DNA from: Gemmatimonadota bacterium
GTDB lineage: Bacteria > Gemmatimonadota > Gemmatimonadetes > Gemmatimonadales > GWC2-71-9
Reading direction: 5' to 3'
Assembly: GCA_039591655.1 (NCBI GenBank)
Contig: JBDHDE010000027.1
Span: 1-35,872, forward strand
Length of the DNA: 35,872 nt
Positions 1 to 10,530 of the stretch are shown piece after piece; positions within the stretch are counted from its first letter, which is position 1; every line of letters starts with the position of its first letter. The translations under genes and the position numbers were made by a program. Under the pieces are notes generated by a model, which saw nothing but the letters and a program-made list of their open reading frames with translations, did not search any database and was not told where the DNA came from.

Positions 1-975
1 GCGCCCGAGGAGATCTATCACGTTCTGACGCGCCGCGTCGCCAACGTGCTCAACGTCTCCCGGTGCTCCCTGGTGCTTGCCAAGCTCGGCGACAGAGTGG
101 GCCGGGTGGTGGTAGCCGCCGAGAGCCCGATGGTGCGGAACTTGGAGATCGTGCTGGCGCGGTATCCGGAGGTGCGCAAAGCTCTCAAGACCAATCGGCC
201 CGTCCTGGTGACGGACATACACACCGATCCGCTGTACGAAGAAGTGCGCCAGGAGTGGGCGCGAGAGGGCTTGAAGGTGGCCACCCGCAGCGTCATCGCG
301 GTGCCCTTCGGACTGCGCGAGGAGCAGTCGGGAGTGTTCTTCCTGCGGAACATGGGTGACGCGCCGGCCCTGACGCGGCAGGACGTGGAGTTCGCCGAGA
401 GCGTGGTGCGCACGGCGGTGGGCGCCATCGAGAAGGCCTACGCGCTGCAAACAGCGCAGTCGGACAAGGAGCGCTATCAGTGGCTCGCCATCACGGATCC
501 GCTCACGGGCTGCCTCAACCGCCGGGCTCTGATGGAGAAGCTCGATGAGGAACTCGACCGCATGCGCCGCTACGACTTGGCGCTCAGTGCCCTGATGATA
601 GATTTAGACCGCTTCAAGCAGGTCAACGACACACGCGGCCACATTGCGGGCGATCGGGTGCTGCAGCAGGTGGGAGAGATGCTGCGCCTCGAGGTGCGCT
701 CGGTGGACGTGGTGGCCCGGTACGGCGGGGAGGAGTTCGTGATCGTCTTGCCGGAGACGGCGCTCGAGGGCGCGACGAGCTTCGCGGAGCGGATTCGTGA
801 GCGGATTGCCGACCACAACTTCGCCGACGCCAGTGAGCCGCTGATGACAACGGTCTCCATCGGCGTGGCCAGTGTTTCACCGGACAACCTGGTTGGTCCA
901 GACTCCGTCATCGCCATGGCTGACGAGGCCCTCTACCGCGCGAAGCACGACGGACGCAACTTAGTGCGTGCATGA
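1..975 (+). CDS. GAF-domain diguanylate cyclase (GGDEF), 5' end outside window
   Basis: Frame is open from base 1 (APEEIYHVL...). GAF-like region, then TDPLTGCLNRR, DLDRFKQVNDTRGH, RSVD I-site (RxxD), RYGGEEF, ADEALYRAK..GRN. Confidence 0.95.
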   Translation, partial: APEEIYHVLTRRVANVLNVSRCSLVLAKLGDRVGRVVVAAESPMVRNLEIVLARYPEVRKALKTNRPVLVTDIHTDPLYEEVRQEWAREGLKVATRSVIAVPFGLREEQSGVFFLRNMGDAPALTRQDVEFAESVVRTAVGAIEKAYALQTAQSDKERYQWLAITDPLTGCLNRRALMEKLDEELDRMRRYDLALSALMIDLDRFKQVNDTRGHIAGDRVLQQVGEMLRLEVRSVDVVARYGGEEFVIVLPETALEGATSFAERIRERIADHNFADASEPLMTTVSIGVASVSPDNLVGPDSVIAMADEALYRAKHDGRNLVRA

Positions 976-1059
976 GCCGACGCTGCCCGAAGTGTAAGAC
1001 CGACGGGCGAAGCCAGGACCGGGGTGCGCCAGGCCTCGAAGCGCGGCTTCGGCCCGAGT

Positions 1060-1956
1060 ATGAGTCGTGCGGGGTCACTCACCAACCAGGTCCTGGACCA
1101 GCGGTACAAGATCATGCGCAAGCTGGGGGAGGGAGGCATGGCCTTCGTCTACCAGGCGCACGACTCCAACAGCGGCGAGGAGGTCGCGATCAAGGTGCTG
1201 AGCCCCAAGCTCAGCAAGGACGCGAGCTCCGTGGAGCGGTTGCGGCGCGAGGCGGGCCTAGCCATGCGCCTCGAGCACCCCAACGCGTGCAAGATCCTCA
1301 GGTTGGGGGAGACCGAGGACGGACTCATCTATCTGGTGATGCCCTACCTCAAGGGCGAGCTGCTCTCGGACCGCGAGGTGCAGCAGGGACCGATGACGCC
1401 GGATCAGGGAGTCGCGATTCTGGTGCAGTCCTGCGCCGGTCTGCACCACGCCCACCAACTCAACATCGTGCATCGGGATCTGAAGCCGGAGAACATCATG
1501 CTGGTGCCGGGTTCCGAGGGGCAAGAGAACGCCGTGGTCATGGATTTCGGCCTGGCCAAGGAGAACCGGGCTGGTCCGGGCGTCGCCAAGCTCACCGCCA
1601 CGGGCATCATCCTGGGCACTCCCGAGTTCATGAGCCCCGAGCAGATCCGCGGAAAGCTGCTCGACGCCCGGAGCGACGTCTACGCGCTGGGCATCGTGGG
1701 GTTCGAGATGTTCACCGGCAAGCTTCCGTTCCAGGGACGCACGCCGCAGGAGATGATGATCGCCCGGCTGCGCGGGAAGCCCACGCCGCTGCGTGCGCTG
1801 CGGCCCGACTTTCCCAAGCAACTCGAGGCCGTCATCATGAAGTCCCTCGAGTCCGAGCCGGCGGAGCGGTACAACAACGCACTGGATTTCGGCAACGCCC
1901 TGGCGGAGGCGTTCGAGGGCGGTGACCGCGAGCGGCTCTACCACTACCTCCAGTAG
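1060..1956 (+). CDS. Hanks-type Ser/Thr protein kinase (start uncertain, see findings)
   Basis: LGEGGMAFVY, VAIK, HRDLKPEN, DFG and GTPEFMSPEQ motifs are intact. ATG at 1060 or GTG at 1024. Confidence 0.93.
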   Translation: MSRAGSLTNQVLDQRYKIMRKLGEGGMAFVYQAHDSNSGEEVAIKVLSPKLSKDASSVERLRREAGLAMRLEHPNACKILRLGETEDGLIYLVMPYLKGELLSDREVQQGPMTPDQGVAILVQSCAGLHHAHQLNIVHRDLKPENIMLVPGSEGQENAVVMDFGLAKENRAGPGVAKLTATGIILGTPEFMSPEQIRGKLLDARSDVYALGIVGFEMFTGKLPFQGRTPQEMMIARLRGKPTPLRALRPDFPKQLEAVIMKSLESEPAERYNNALDFGNALAEAFEGGDRERLYHYLQ

Positions 1957-2038
1957 TCTCCCGGCGAGTACCGACCTCGGATGGAAGCGCCCGGCTGCCG
2001 GCTGGACTGCGTCTGCTGGGGGGGGCGGTGAGGCCGCC

Positions 2039-2875
2039 CTAGGGACGCTCGAACTTGGTCTGTGGGATGGCCGGGTTGAGCACCACGTCGGAGATCAGCA
2101 GTGTCTTGGTCCGCTTCCCCGATACCGTGATCCAGTCCCGCTGGACCACGTAGCCGTACCCACCGTCAGCGGCGCGCTCGGTGCGGCCCCAGAGGAGGCG
2201 GTTCAACTCCGTCTTCCCTTCCTCCACGTAGGTGACCTCGTAGGGGAATCCGCGGCCAGGCGGGAAGTAGTAGGTGAAGACGTCCTGATGCTCCCCGACG
2301 CCCTCTCCGAAGGAGACGCCGACGGCATGGTAGCCGCCCCGGGTCTCCGGGCGCCCTTCCTCGTCCACCCAGGCAGCCCCCGGGCGCTGCTGCAGACCGA
2401 GGTACCTGAGGTAGACCCCGGGATCCGTCAGCTTGTACGGGAGTCCAAACCAGTAGAACACGTCCCGGGCGACGTACAGCGCCTCTCGTGCGTCCTTGGT
2501 GCTGTCCGGCAGGAGCGTACCATCCAGCGCGGCCCACGTGGCCCGGCCGTCGAAGCCCTGCTGGATGAGGCCGGGAGACTCCCAGCGCTCGATGCGGGCC
2601 TCCTCACCGTGGGGGCCCTTCTTGACCCACACGTAGCGCGGACGGCTCCGCTTGATGCGACCCGTGAGCGTGTCGTACAGCACCGTGGTGACGGTGAACG
2701 ACGCGGACTGGAATCCGTGGTAGGCCTCCATACCGCCGACGGAGTCGATCCACAGGCCGATGAGGGAGTCTGCGGTCCCGTCCAGGGGCGATCGCCCCTG
2801 GACGCTGTCGGCGGGCGTCACGAAGGCGCCCAGCGCCAGCAACCACAGCATGGCTACGCTCGTCTTGCTCGTCAT
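2039..2875 (-). CDS. Hypothetical exported protein
   Basis: Signal-peptide-like N-terminus (MTSKTSVAMLWLLALGAFV); YWFGLPYKLTDPG segment; long ORF with GC-typical codon use. Start 2875 chosen over 2908. Confidence 0.75.
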   Translation of the reverse strand: MTSKTSVAMLWLLALGAFVTPADSVQGRSPLDGTADSLIGLWIDSVGGMEAYHGFQSASFTVTTVLYDTLTGRIKRSRPRYVWVKKGPHGEEARIERWESPGLIQQGFDGRATWAALDGTLLPDSTKDAREALYVARDVFYWFGLPYKLTDPGVYLRYLGLQQRPGAAWVDEEGRPETRGGYHAVGVSFGEGVGEHQDVFTYYFPPGRGFPYEVTYVEEGKTELNRLLWGRTERAADGGYGYVVQRDWITVSGKRTKTLLISDVVLNPAIPQTKFERP

Positions 2876-2928
2876 GGCTCGCTCGGGGATATTAGGCGCT
2901 GCATGCATTCACAGCAACGCTCTCGTCC

Positions 2929-4017
2929 ATGAAACGGTTTCCCGCCTACGATCCCCCGGAGTACGTGGATTGGCAGCCGGATGCGGCCCTGGTCGAGGCA
3001 TATCCGGCTGCCTGGAGCGGCGACGAGGGCCGTCGCACCGCGGTGGAGGCGCTGAGCCGCGAGGCGAAGCTCGGGCTGTACGCCGGGATGCTGCGAGCAC
3101 GGCTGCACGACGTCATGCTCGAGCGATGGGTGCGCCAGGGCGTCATCTCGAAGGCATGGCTGGGGACCGGCGAGGAAGCCGCTACGATCGGGCCGGTGCA
3201 CGCGATGGATCGGTCGACGGACATCGTGGCGCCCATGGTCAGGAACGCGGGCGCGTGCTGTGAGATGGGCATGTCGCTGGCCGACATGCTACGGGGATAC
3301 CTGGGCACCTACGATGCGCCGTCCAAGGGTCGCGACGGGCACGTGGGCGACTTTGCGCACCGCGTGCTCCAGCCGATCTCCAACATCGGCGCCATCCCGC
3401 CGGTCGTGGTGGGGATCGCGCTGAGCTTCGCGATGCGGGGGGAGCGGCGCGTGGCGCTGACCTGGATCGGTGACGGCTCGGTCAAGGCGGGCCCTACGCA
3501 CGAGGCGTTCAATCTCGCGGCGGTGCAGCGGCTACCCGTCGTGTTCATCATCCAGAACAACCAGGTGGCCCTGGGCACGCTGGTGGAGCAGCATCACCGC
3601 GCCGAGGGCTTCGGCGAAGTGCACCGGGCCTACGGCTGCGCCGGCGGCTCGTTCGACGGCAACAACGTGCTGGACGCCTACGCCGCCACCAAGCTGGCGG
3701 TGGAGCGCTGCCGCGAAGGCGACGGCCCGGTCATTCTCGACGGCGAGACCTTCCGGATGGGTGGGCACGCCACCCACGATGAGCAGGATGCCCGGCGCCT
3801 GATCGCCCCGGAGGTGTACGCGCACTGGGGCAAACGCGACCCCGTGGGCCTGTACGAGGAGTTCCTCAAGGCTCACGGCGTGAGCACGGCCGAGCTAGAG
3901 CAGGTGGAGGCGGAGGTCGCGGCGGAGGTCGATCGCGCGGCGGACGAGGCGCTGGCGAGTCGCGATGGCAACCTGCCGCCCCCGGAATCCGCGGTGCAGG
4001 ACGTGTGGTCGGAGTGA
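2929..4017 (+). CDS. TPP-dependent 2-oxoacid dehydrogenase E1 alpha-like subunit
   Basis: GEEA, GDG-x(n)-NN TPP motif (WIGDGS...IIQNNQ), DGNNV, TFRMGGHATHD, RDPV. Confidence 0.9.
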   Translation: MKRFPAYDPPEYVDWQPDAALVEAYPAAWSGDEGRRTAVEALSREAKLGLYAGMLRARLHDVMLERWVRQGVISKAWLGTGEEAATIGPVHAMDRSTDIVAPMVRNAGACCEMGMSLADMLRGYLGTYDAPSKGRDGHVGDFAHRVLQPISNIGAIPPVVVGIALSFAMRGERRVALTWIGDGSVKAGPTHEAFNLAAVQRLPVVFIIQNNQVALGTLVEQHHRAEGFGEVHRAYGCAGGSFDGNNVLDAYAATKLAVERCREGDGPVILDGETFRMGGHATHDEQDARRLIAPEVYAHWGKRDPVGLYEEFLKAHGVSTAELEQVEAEVAAEVDRAADEALASRDGNLPPPESAVQDVWSE

Positions 4018-4061
4018 GCGGTCGTTAGGCGCCGGCGCGCACCAGCAACTCGGGAGTAGCC

Positions 4062-4868
4062 ATGCAGCTCCGTTACGGGTCCCTGATTGCCGTGGCCGTG
4101 ATTCTCATCATCGGGGTCGCGGTCCTCGCCATTGGTCCGTCAGTCTTTTCCCGGGCGCAGCGGGACTACCGGGAGCAGTTGGAGGCCGCCACGACTCACG
4201 GCGAGTGGGTGAGGGTCGCCGGGGCCGGGGGGGACACTGTGGTGGGCTACCTTGCCTACCCCGAGCGCCCCGATCCGGCGCCCGGCGTGATCGTCATCCA
4301 CGAGATCTTCGGGCTTACGGATTGGGTCCGCACGGTGGTGGACGACTTCGCGGCGCGGGGCTACGTAGCCATCGCGCCGGACCTCCTGTCACGACGCGGC
4401 GGGACCCCGAGCCCCGACGAGGCGCGGCGCCTGATCAGCGAGCTGCCGCGGGACTCCGTCTGGGTGGATCTGGATGCCACCTTCGAGTACCTGCGCTCGC
4501 TGCCCGCCGTACGGGGCGAAGCCATCGGCGTCATCGGATTCTGCTGGGGCGGCAGACGCTCGTTCGGCTACGCCGCTCAGAACCCCCGGCTCCGCGCGGC
4601 AGTGGTGTGCTACGGCTCGACACCGGGGCCCGAGGCCTTGAGCCGCATCGAGGCGCCGGTCCTGGGCGTGTACGCCGAGAATGACGCGAGGATCAGCGAG
4701 GAGATCCCGCAGACCGTGGCGGCCATGCGGGACCTGGAGAAGCGCTACGAGTACGCCGTCTATCCGGGGACGGGACACGGCTTCCTGCGGCGGGGAGAGC
4801 CCGCCGGGCAGGTCGAGCGCGGCTGGACGGATATCTTCGCGTTCCTGCAGGAGACGCTGTGGTGGTGA
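4062..4868 (+). CDS. Dienelactone hydrolase family protein with N-terminal membrane anchor or signal
   Basis: VIHEIFGL, APDL, GFCWGG nucleophile, END and GHGF triad motifs; RBS GGGAG upstream. Confidence 0.92.
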   Translation: MQLRYGSLIAVAVILIIGVAVLAIGPSVFSRAQRDYREQLEAATTHGEWVRVAGAGGDTVVGYLAYPERPDPAPGVIVIHEIFGLTDWVRTVVDDFAARGYVAIAPDLLSRRGGTPSPDEARRLISELPRDSVWVDLDATFEYLRSLPAVRGEAIGVIGFCWGGRRSFGYAAQNPRLRAAVVCYGSTPGPEALSRIEAPVLGVYAENDARISEEIPQTVAAMRDLEKRYEYAVYPGTGHGFLRRGEPAGQVERGWTDIFAFLQETLWW

Positions 4869-4877
4869 CTACGCCCT

Positions 4878-6254
4878 CTATCCCCTGCCGAACGTCACGA
4901 TGGTCAGAAACGCCTGCCACGCCTTCGGCATCATGAAGTAGCTCACGACGAGCAGCAGCACGGGGGTGAGGTAGCGTACGAAGACCGCCCAGATCTGCCT
5001 CGCCGCGGGATTCTCGAAGCCCTTGGCCAATTCGGCGTCCGCCGGACCGATCAGCCGGTATCCCACGAGTATGGTGGTGAAGAACCCGCCGACGATGAGC
5101 AGGAAATTGCCCACAAAGGTGTCCGCGGCCCCCAGGAAGTCGATGTTGAACGCCGCCGGCAGCCCCCCGAGCGCGATGAGGAAGCCGAACACCAGCGCGG
5201 CCTCCTTCCGCCGCCAGCCCCACCCGTCGATGATGGCCGCCACCACGACCTCCAACAGCGAGATGGCAGAGGTGAGGGCGGCGAAGAACAGCATGATGAA
5301 GAACGCGGCGAGCACCACGTTCCCGAAGCCGCCCAGGCTCTGGAGTCCCGTGGGCAGCGCGATGAAGAGTGTGCCGACGGTGTTGTCGGAGATCTCGCCG
5401 CCCAGGCCGATGGTGGTGCCCAGGCCGAAGTGGAAGATGATGGGGAAGATTACGAGTCCGGCGATGAACGCTACGCCGAAGTCCGCCAGCGCCACGGTCG
5501 CCGCTTCCCTGGCCAGGTTCTCCTCAGAGCGGAGGTACGACGCGTAGGTCATGAGCGCGCCCATACCGAGGCTGAGGGAGAAGAACGCCTGCCCCGCTGC
5601 GAGGCTGATGACGTTGGGATCGAGTAGCTCACCGAGTTGCGGCCTCAGGTAGTAGCCATAGCCCGCCCCTGCGTCGCTCAGGGTGGCGGCCCATGCGGCC
5701 AGGCCCACCAGCAGCAGGAACAACACCGGCATCAGGATCAGGGCGGTGCGCTCGAGGCCCCGCTTCACGCCGGCCACCACGATGGCCACGGTGATCACCA
5801 TGAACAGCAGGTGCGACGCGATGGCCGGAAAGCCGGTGGCGACGGATTGGAAGTAGGCGCCTGCGTCGGTGGGGATCGCCTGCCGCACCGCGTCGAACGC
5901 GTAGCGCATGGTCCAGCCGGCGATCACCGAGTAGTACGACAGGATGCCGAAGCCGCAGAACACGAACAGCCACCCCAGGGGTGCCCAGCCCTCCCCCCCC
6001 AAGCGCTTGACCGCCACCAAAGGAGACTGCTGGGACATGCGGCCCACGATGAACTCCGAGGTCATCAGCGGGACGCCGATGACGGCGACGAAAAGCAAGT
6101 ACAGCAGCACGAAAGCCGCGCCCCCGCCCTCGGCGGCCACGTAGGAGAAGCGCCACATGTTGCCGAGGCCGACCGCCGAACCGACGGCAGCGAGAATAAA
6201 GCCGGCCCGTGTCCCCCATGAATCGCGCCGGGGTGTCGCCGCGGGAGCCGTCAT
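4878..6254 (-). CDS. Sodium-dependent transporter, NSS/SNF family
   Basis: GFILAAVGSAVGLGNMWRF, SYYSVIAGW, GQAFFSLSLG, FFAALTSAISLLE; multiple TM segments. Confidence 0.95.
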   Translation of the reverse strand: MTAPAATPRRDSWGTRAGFILAAVGSAVGLGNMWRFSYVAAEGGGAAFVLLYLLFVAVIGVPLMTSEFIVGRMSQQSPLVAVKRLGGEGWAPLGWLFVFCGFGILSYYSVIAGWTMRYAFDAVRQAIPTDAGAYFQSVATGFPAIASHLLFMVITVAIVVAGVKRGLERTALILMPVLFLLLVGLAAWAATLSDAGAGYGYYLRPQLGELLDPNVISLAAGQAFFSLSLGMGALMTYASYLRSEENLAREAATVALADFGVAFIAGLVIFPIIFHFGLGTTIGLGGEISDNTVGTLFIALPTGLQSLGGFGNVVLAAFFIMLFFAALTSAISLLEVVVAAIIDGWGWRRKEAALVFGFLIALGGLPAAFNIDFLGAADTFVGNFLLIVGGFFTTILVGYRLIGPADAELAKGFENPAARQIWAVFVRYLTPVLLLVVSYFMMPKAWQAFLTIVTFGRG

Positions 6255-6375
6255 GGCGTGATCTCCTGGTGCAAAGTGCTCCAAGCTTATCCGGTGGCAG
6301 CCGGCTGTCTAGTTCCCGTGCTCTAAACCGGGCTATGAACCGTGCCGTTCCCAGGGAGCGCCCGCTGGCCCGTCC

Positions 6376-7008
6376 TCAGGCGCTTGTTGGCGTGTCTTGC
6401 GCGCGGATCGCATCCCAAGCGGCGTCGAACACCTGCTCCGGCCCCGAGTGCTGAGCCGTCCATTGTCCCTCGGTGATCCGCTCGAGGGCGAGCACCACCA
6501 GCTGCAGCCAGACATCGGTCCATGTCTGGACCGTGCCGGGTCGGACCTCGCCGGCCGCTTTTCCGGCCGCGATCACCGAGCCCAGCTCCTCATGCAACTC
6601 CCGCAGCGCGTCGCGGCTCTTGGCGTCCAACAGGGCGCCGTGACGGGTGAGGAATACCAGCTTGATGAGTGCGGGGTCGCGCCCGGCGAGGTCGCGCCAC
6701 GCCTCGGCGATGTGCAGCAGCCGTTGGCGGGACGCGACCGTGGTGGGCGCCTCCCGGGCCAGCCCGGTGAGCAGGCGGAGGGCGGCCCGGTAGATCTCGT
6801 TGAACAGATGCTCCTTGCTTTCGAAGTGCCGGTAGATGGTGCCCTCGGCGACTCGGGCCTGCTCGGCGATCTGCGGTGTGGTGCTGCTGTGGTAGCCCCG
6901 CGTGGTGAATAGCTCCAGCGCCGATCGCACCAGGCGCTCGCGCGTGCCCTTGGGATCCCGCTTCCGGCGAGGAGGGGGAGATGGGGACGTGTGGGGGTGA
7001 GTCATCAC
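6376..7008 (-). CDS. TetR/AcrR family transcriptional regulator
   Basis: ALELFTTRGY..IAEQARVAEGTIYRHFESKEHL HTH signature. Confidence 0.93.
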   Translation of the reverse strand: MMTHPHTSPSPPPRRKRDPKGTRERLVRSALELFTTRGYHSSTTPQIAEQARVAEGTIYRHFESKEHLFNEIYRAALRLLTGLAREAPTTVASRQRLLHIAEAWRDLAGRDPALIKLVFLTRHGALLDAKSRDALRELHEELGSVIAAGKAAGEVRPGTVQTWTDVWLQLVVLALERITEGQWTAQHSGPEQVFDAAWDAIRAQDTPTSA

Positions 7009-7155
7009 TCACAACTCTAGCATATCCCGGCTGAACTGCCAAACGGGAACGCCGTGGGAGGTGGCGACATTTCAGCTTCGGAGGCGATCATCTATCTTCT
7101 GCCCGTTGGGGCGGAGGCCGCAGGAGGCGTGCGAACGAAGGAGGTGGGTGCGGTG

Positions 7156-7680
7156 ATGGTGGGAGGCGGACTGGACTTTGAGCGGTTGTGGCAAGAGGCA
7201 ACGACATACGAGCGCTTCGCCGCGGAGGTCGAAGACCTGCGTGGTCTCTGGGAGGGGGTCTACCAGAAGGCCAGCATCCCCGAATGGGCTATCGATAAAG
7301 CGAGAGCCCGGGGACAGGGTGCCCGCTTCCTCGTGATCAACGAGGACTGGTGTTGGGACGGGGCCAATACGGTGCCCTACGTCGCCAAGCTGGCGGATGA
7401 GGCGGGGGACGTGGAGGTGCGGATCATCGGGCGCGACGAGCATCCCGAAGTCATGGACCGCTACCTCACCGGGGGAGCTAGATCAATCCCAATCGTGATC
7501 GCGTTGGACTCGGAGTTCCGCGAGCTGGGGCACTGGGGCCCTCGCCCCCGGGAGCTCCAGGCGTGGGCCACGGAGAAGAAGGGCAGCCTGCCCAAGCGCG
7601 AGTTCTACGGCGAGATGCGCCGCTGGCACGTGAATGACGGCGGCGAGTCGGTGATCCGGGAGGTGCTGGAGCTGCTCTGA
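7156..7680 (+). CDS. Thioredoxin-like protein (single-Cys EDWCxD type)
   Basis: EDWCWD, RDEHPEVMDRYLT, RSIP (cis-Pro), WGPRP. Start uncertain. Confidence 0.85.
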   Translation: MVGGGLDFERLWQEATTYERFAAEVEDLRGLWEGVYQKASIPEWAIDKARARGQGARFLVINEDWCWDGANTVPYVAKLADEAGDVEVRIIGRDEHPEVMDRYLTGGARSIPIVIALDSEFRELGHWGPRPRELQAWATEKKGSLPKREFYGEMRRWHVNDGGESVIREVLELL

Positions 7681-7701
7681 CGGCTGCGCCTTGGGCCGGA
7701 G

Positions 7702-9015
<1,314 letters not shown>

Positions 9016-9168
9016 GGTTCGCTCCTTTGACGGCGGCTCAGCCCTAATGGATGAACGGGAACACACACGGAGCGACCGGCACGCCTTCGGGCGAGCGGCT
9101 CAGAGCATCCCGGGTTGTTGGGCTGCGCGGCGGCTCTAAGACGTGCGGGCGCTAGCGCGCCGCCACGT
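9016..9168 (-). promoter_or_regulatory. Candidate attenuator / SD-sequestering leader of lat
   Basis: mRNA GGUCGCUCC (9077-9069) is complementary to GGAGCGA(A)CC (9025-9016), which contains the lat RBS. Hairpin 9141-9168 spans the leader stop codon. Confidence 0.5.
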
Positions 9169-9241
9169 TGGGGGGCGCGAAGATCCCGGGGCGGGCTCGC
9201 CGGGGGAGGAGCCTACTGGGTGAGAGACGACTGATCCGCAA
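9152..9241 (-). CDS. Putative 29-aa leader peptide upstream of lat (MRISRLSPSRLLPRRARPGIFAPPNVAAR)
   Basis: GGGGAG RBS 6 nt before a TTG start; TAG stop lies inside a hairpin; located in the 327-bp gap before lat. Confidence 0.45.
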   Translation of the reverse strand: MRISRLSPSRLLPRRARPGIFAPPNVAAR

Positions 9242-9342
9242 CTGGTTCTCCCCGTCGTATTCGACTCAGCGTCCGTATTGGAAATCTAACCTGGGGGACT
9301 GTGGGGGCCAGGCGTGAGGCCCTGGAATCGACTCGCTGCGCC

Positions 9343-10530
9343 TCAGTACGTCCAGGACGTGTAGAACAATGCCAGCAGGCGGTTATCGGGGCCGAGTCCT
9401 ACGGTGCCGCCGAGGATCGCGGCGCGGAAGAGATGCAGGACGAGTCCCACGCCGCCGCCCACCTTGAGGTCATCGGTGGTGAGCTTGAGCTCGTTGGCCG
9501 GGAACACGCGGCCCACGTCGAGGAATCCGACCAATGTGATGCGGTACAGTGTCGGCACCGCCAGGAGGTCGTACCGCACGTCGAAGTTGCCCAGGATCTT
9601 GTCCGAATCCAGGTAGCGCATGCGCCACAGGCCGCGGTGCGAGCTGGAGCCGCCGAACACCGTATATGGCCGCTCCATGTTCTCAATCCGGTAGTAGGTG
9701 CCGAGTCGCGGCGCCTTGTCCATCGTCTGGCCCATCAGCCGTGCCGCGAGCAGGAGCCTCGGGCCGATGGAGAGATACCCCTGTGCTGAGAGCAGAAGGC
9801 GAGTGTAGGTGAGATCGCCCATCACGCCGGAATCCGCCCCCGCTGCCACGGCCTGGAGCAGCACCCCGCGGCGCGGCGCCACCTCGTCGTTGCGGGTGTC
9901 GAAGATCAAGCCTATCCGGGCGGAGACGTCGCCGGTGGGAACGCCGATGGTGGGATCCAAGCCCGCCTGTCGGTCCAGGGCCAGTTGGCTCTCGCCCGCC
10001 AAGGTGTCGATGTGCCATTCCTCGACGTTGAATCCGACCATCAGCCTCAAGGGACCGATGATGCGCCGCTGCACCTCCCCGTAGACGAACGCCCGGCGGT
10101 TGTTGGACCGGTAGAAGAACTCGTTCTCGTCGGTGACGTTGGCCTCGTCGTACACCGACTCGTTTCCGATGCCGAAGTAGTTCTCCCGGGCGCGGCGCAC
10201 CCATTGGCCCTGGACGACGAAGCGCCAGCCGTTCAGTAGTCTGGGTGCCCGCCACTCCAGGTTGAACTGCTTGCTTCCCGTCGTGCCGAAGAAGAAATCG
10301 AAGGAGAGCTTGGCACGGTACGGCGGCGGCGCGCCCCAGTCGTCGTAGCCCAGCTGGTTGATCTGGGCGTAGTACAGCCCCAGGGCGAAGCCGTCCCGGT
10401 TGGAGTAGTAGAGCTTGGGGTACGAGACGTCGGTCCAGTTCTCGCCGAACGTCGGCAGATTGGGTAGCTGCGCCCGTGCTGCGCCGGCCGACGCCGCGAG
10501 GAGGACGAGGACCGCTAGTGCGCGCCTCAC
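9343..10530 (-). CDS. BamA/TamA (Omp85)-like outer-membrane beta-barrel protein
   Basis: Signal peptide (MRRALAVLVLLAASAGAARA-Q), FDTRNDE..PRRG, GGSSSHRG..RY, FLDVGRVF, aromatic C-terminus. GTGA overlap with upstream gene. Confidence 0.8.
   Translation of the reverse strand: MRRALAVLVLLAASAGAARAQLPNLPTFGENWTDVSYPKLYYSNRDGFALGLYYAQINQLGYDDWGAPPPYRAKLSFDFFFGTTGSKQFNLEWRAPRLLNGWRFVVQGQWVRRARENYFGIGNESVYDEANVTDENEFFYRSNNRRAFVYGEVQRRIIGPLRLMVGFNVEEWHIDTLAGESQLALDRQAGLDPTIGVPTGDVSARIGLIFDTRNDEVAPRRGVLLQAVAAGADSGVMGDLTYTRLLLSAQGYLSIGPRLLLAARLMGQTMDKAPRLGTYYRIENMERPYTVFGGSSSHRGLWRMRYLDSDKILGNFDVRYDLLAVPTLYRITLVGFLDVGRVFPANELKLTTDDLKVGGGVGLVLHLFRAAILGGTVGLGPDNRLLALFYTSWTY

Noticed and set aside
973..975. 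Selenocysteine or read-through fusion of cyclase and kinase at the in-frame TGA
   Set aside because: The TGA falls at the normal GGDEF C-terminus (GRNLVRA), does not correspond to a conserved Cys, and has no convincing SECIS.
7340..7365. Possible Sec or degenerate CxxC in the thioredoxin-like gene
   Set aside because: The codon is TGT with no in-frame TGA, and single-Cys WCxD motifs are normal for this subfamily.
9016..9342. Lysine riboswitch upstream of lat
   Set aside because: I could not find the conserved AGAGGUGC start or other L-box elements on the coding strand. An Rfam scan would settle it.
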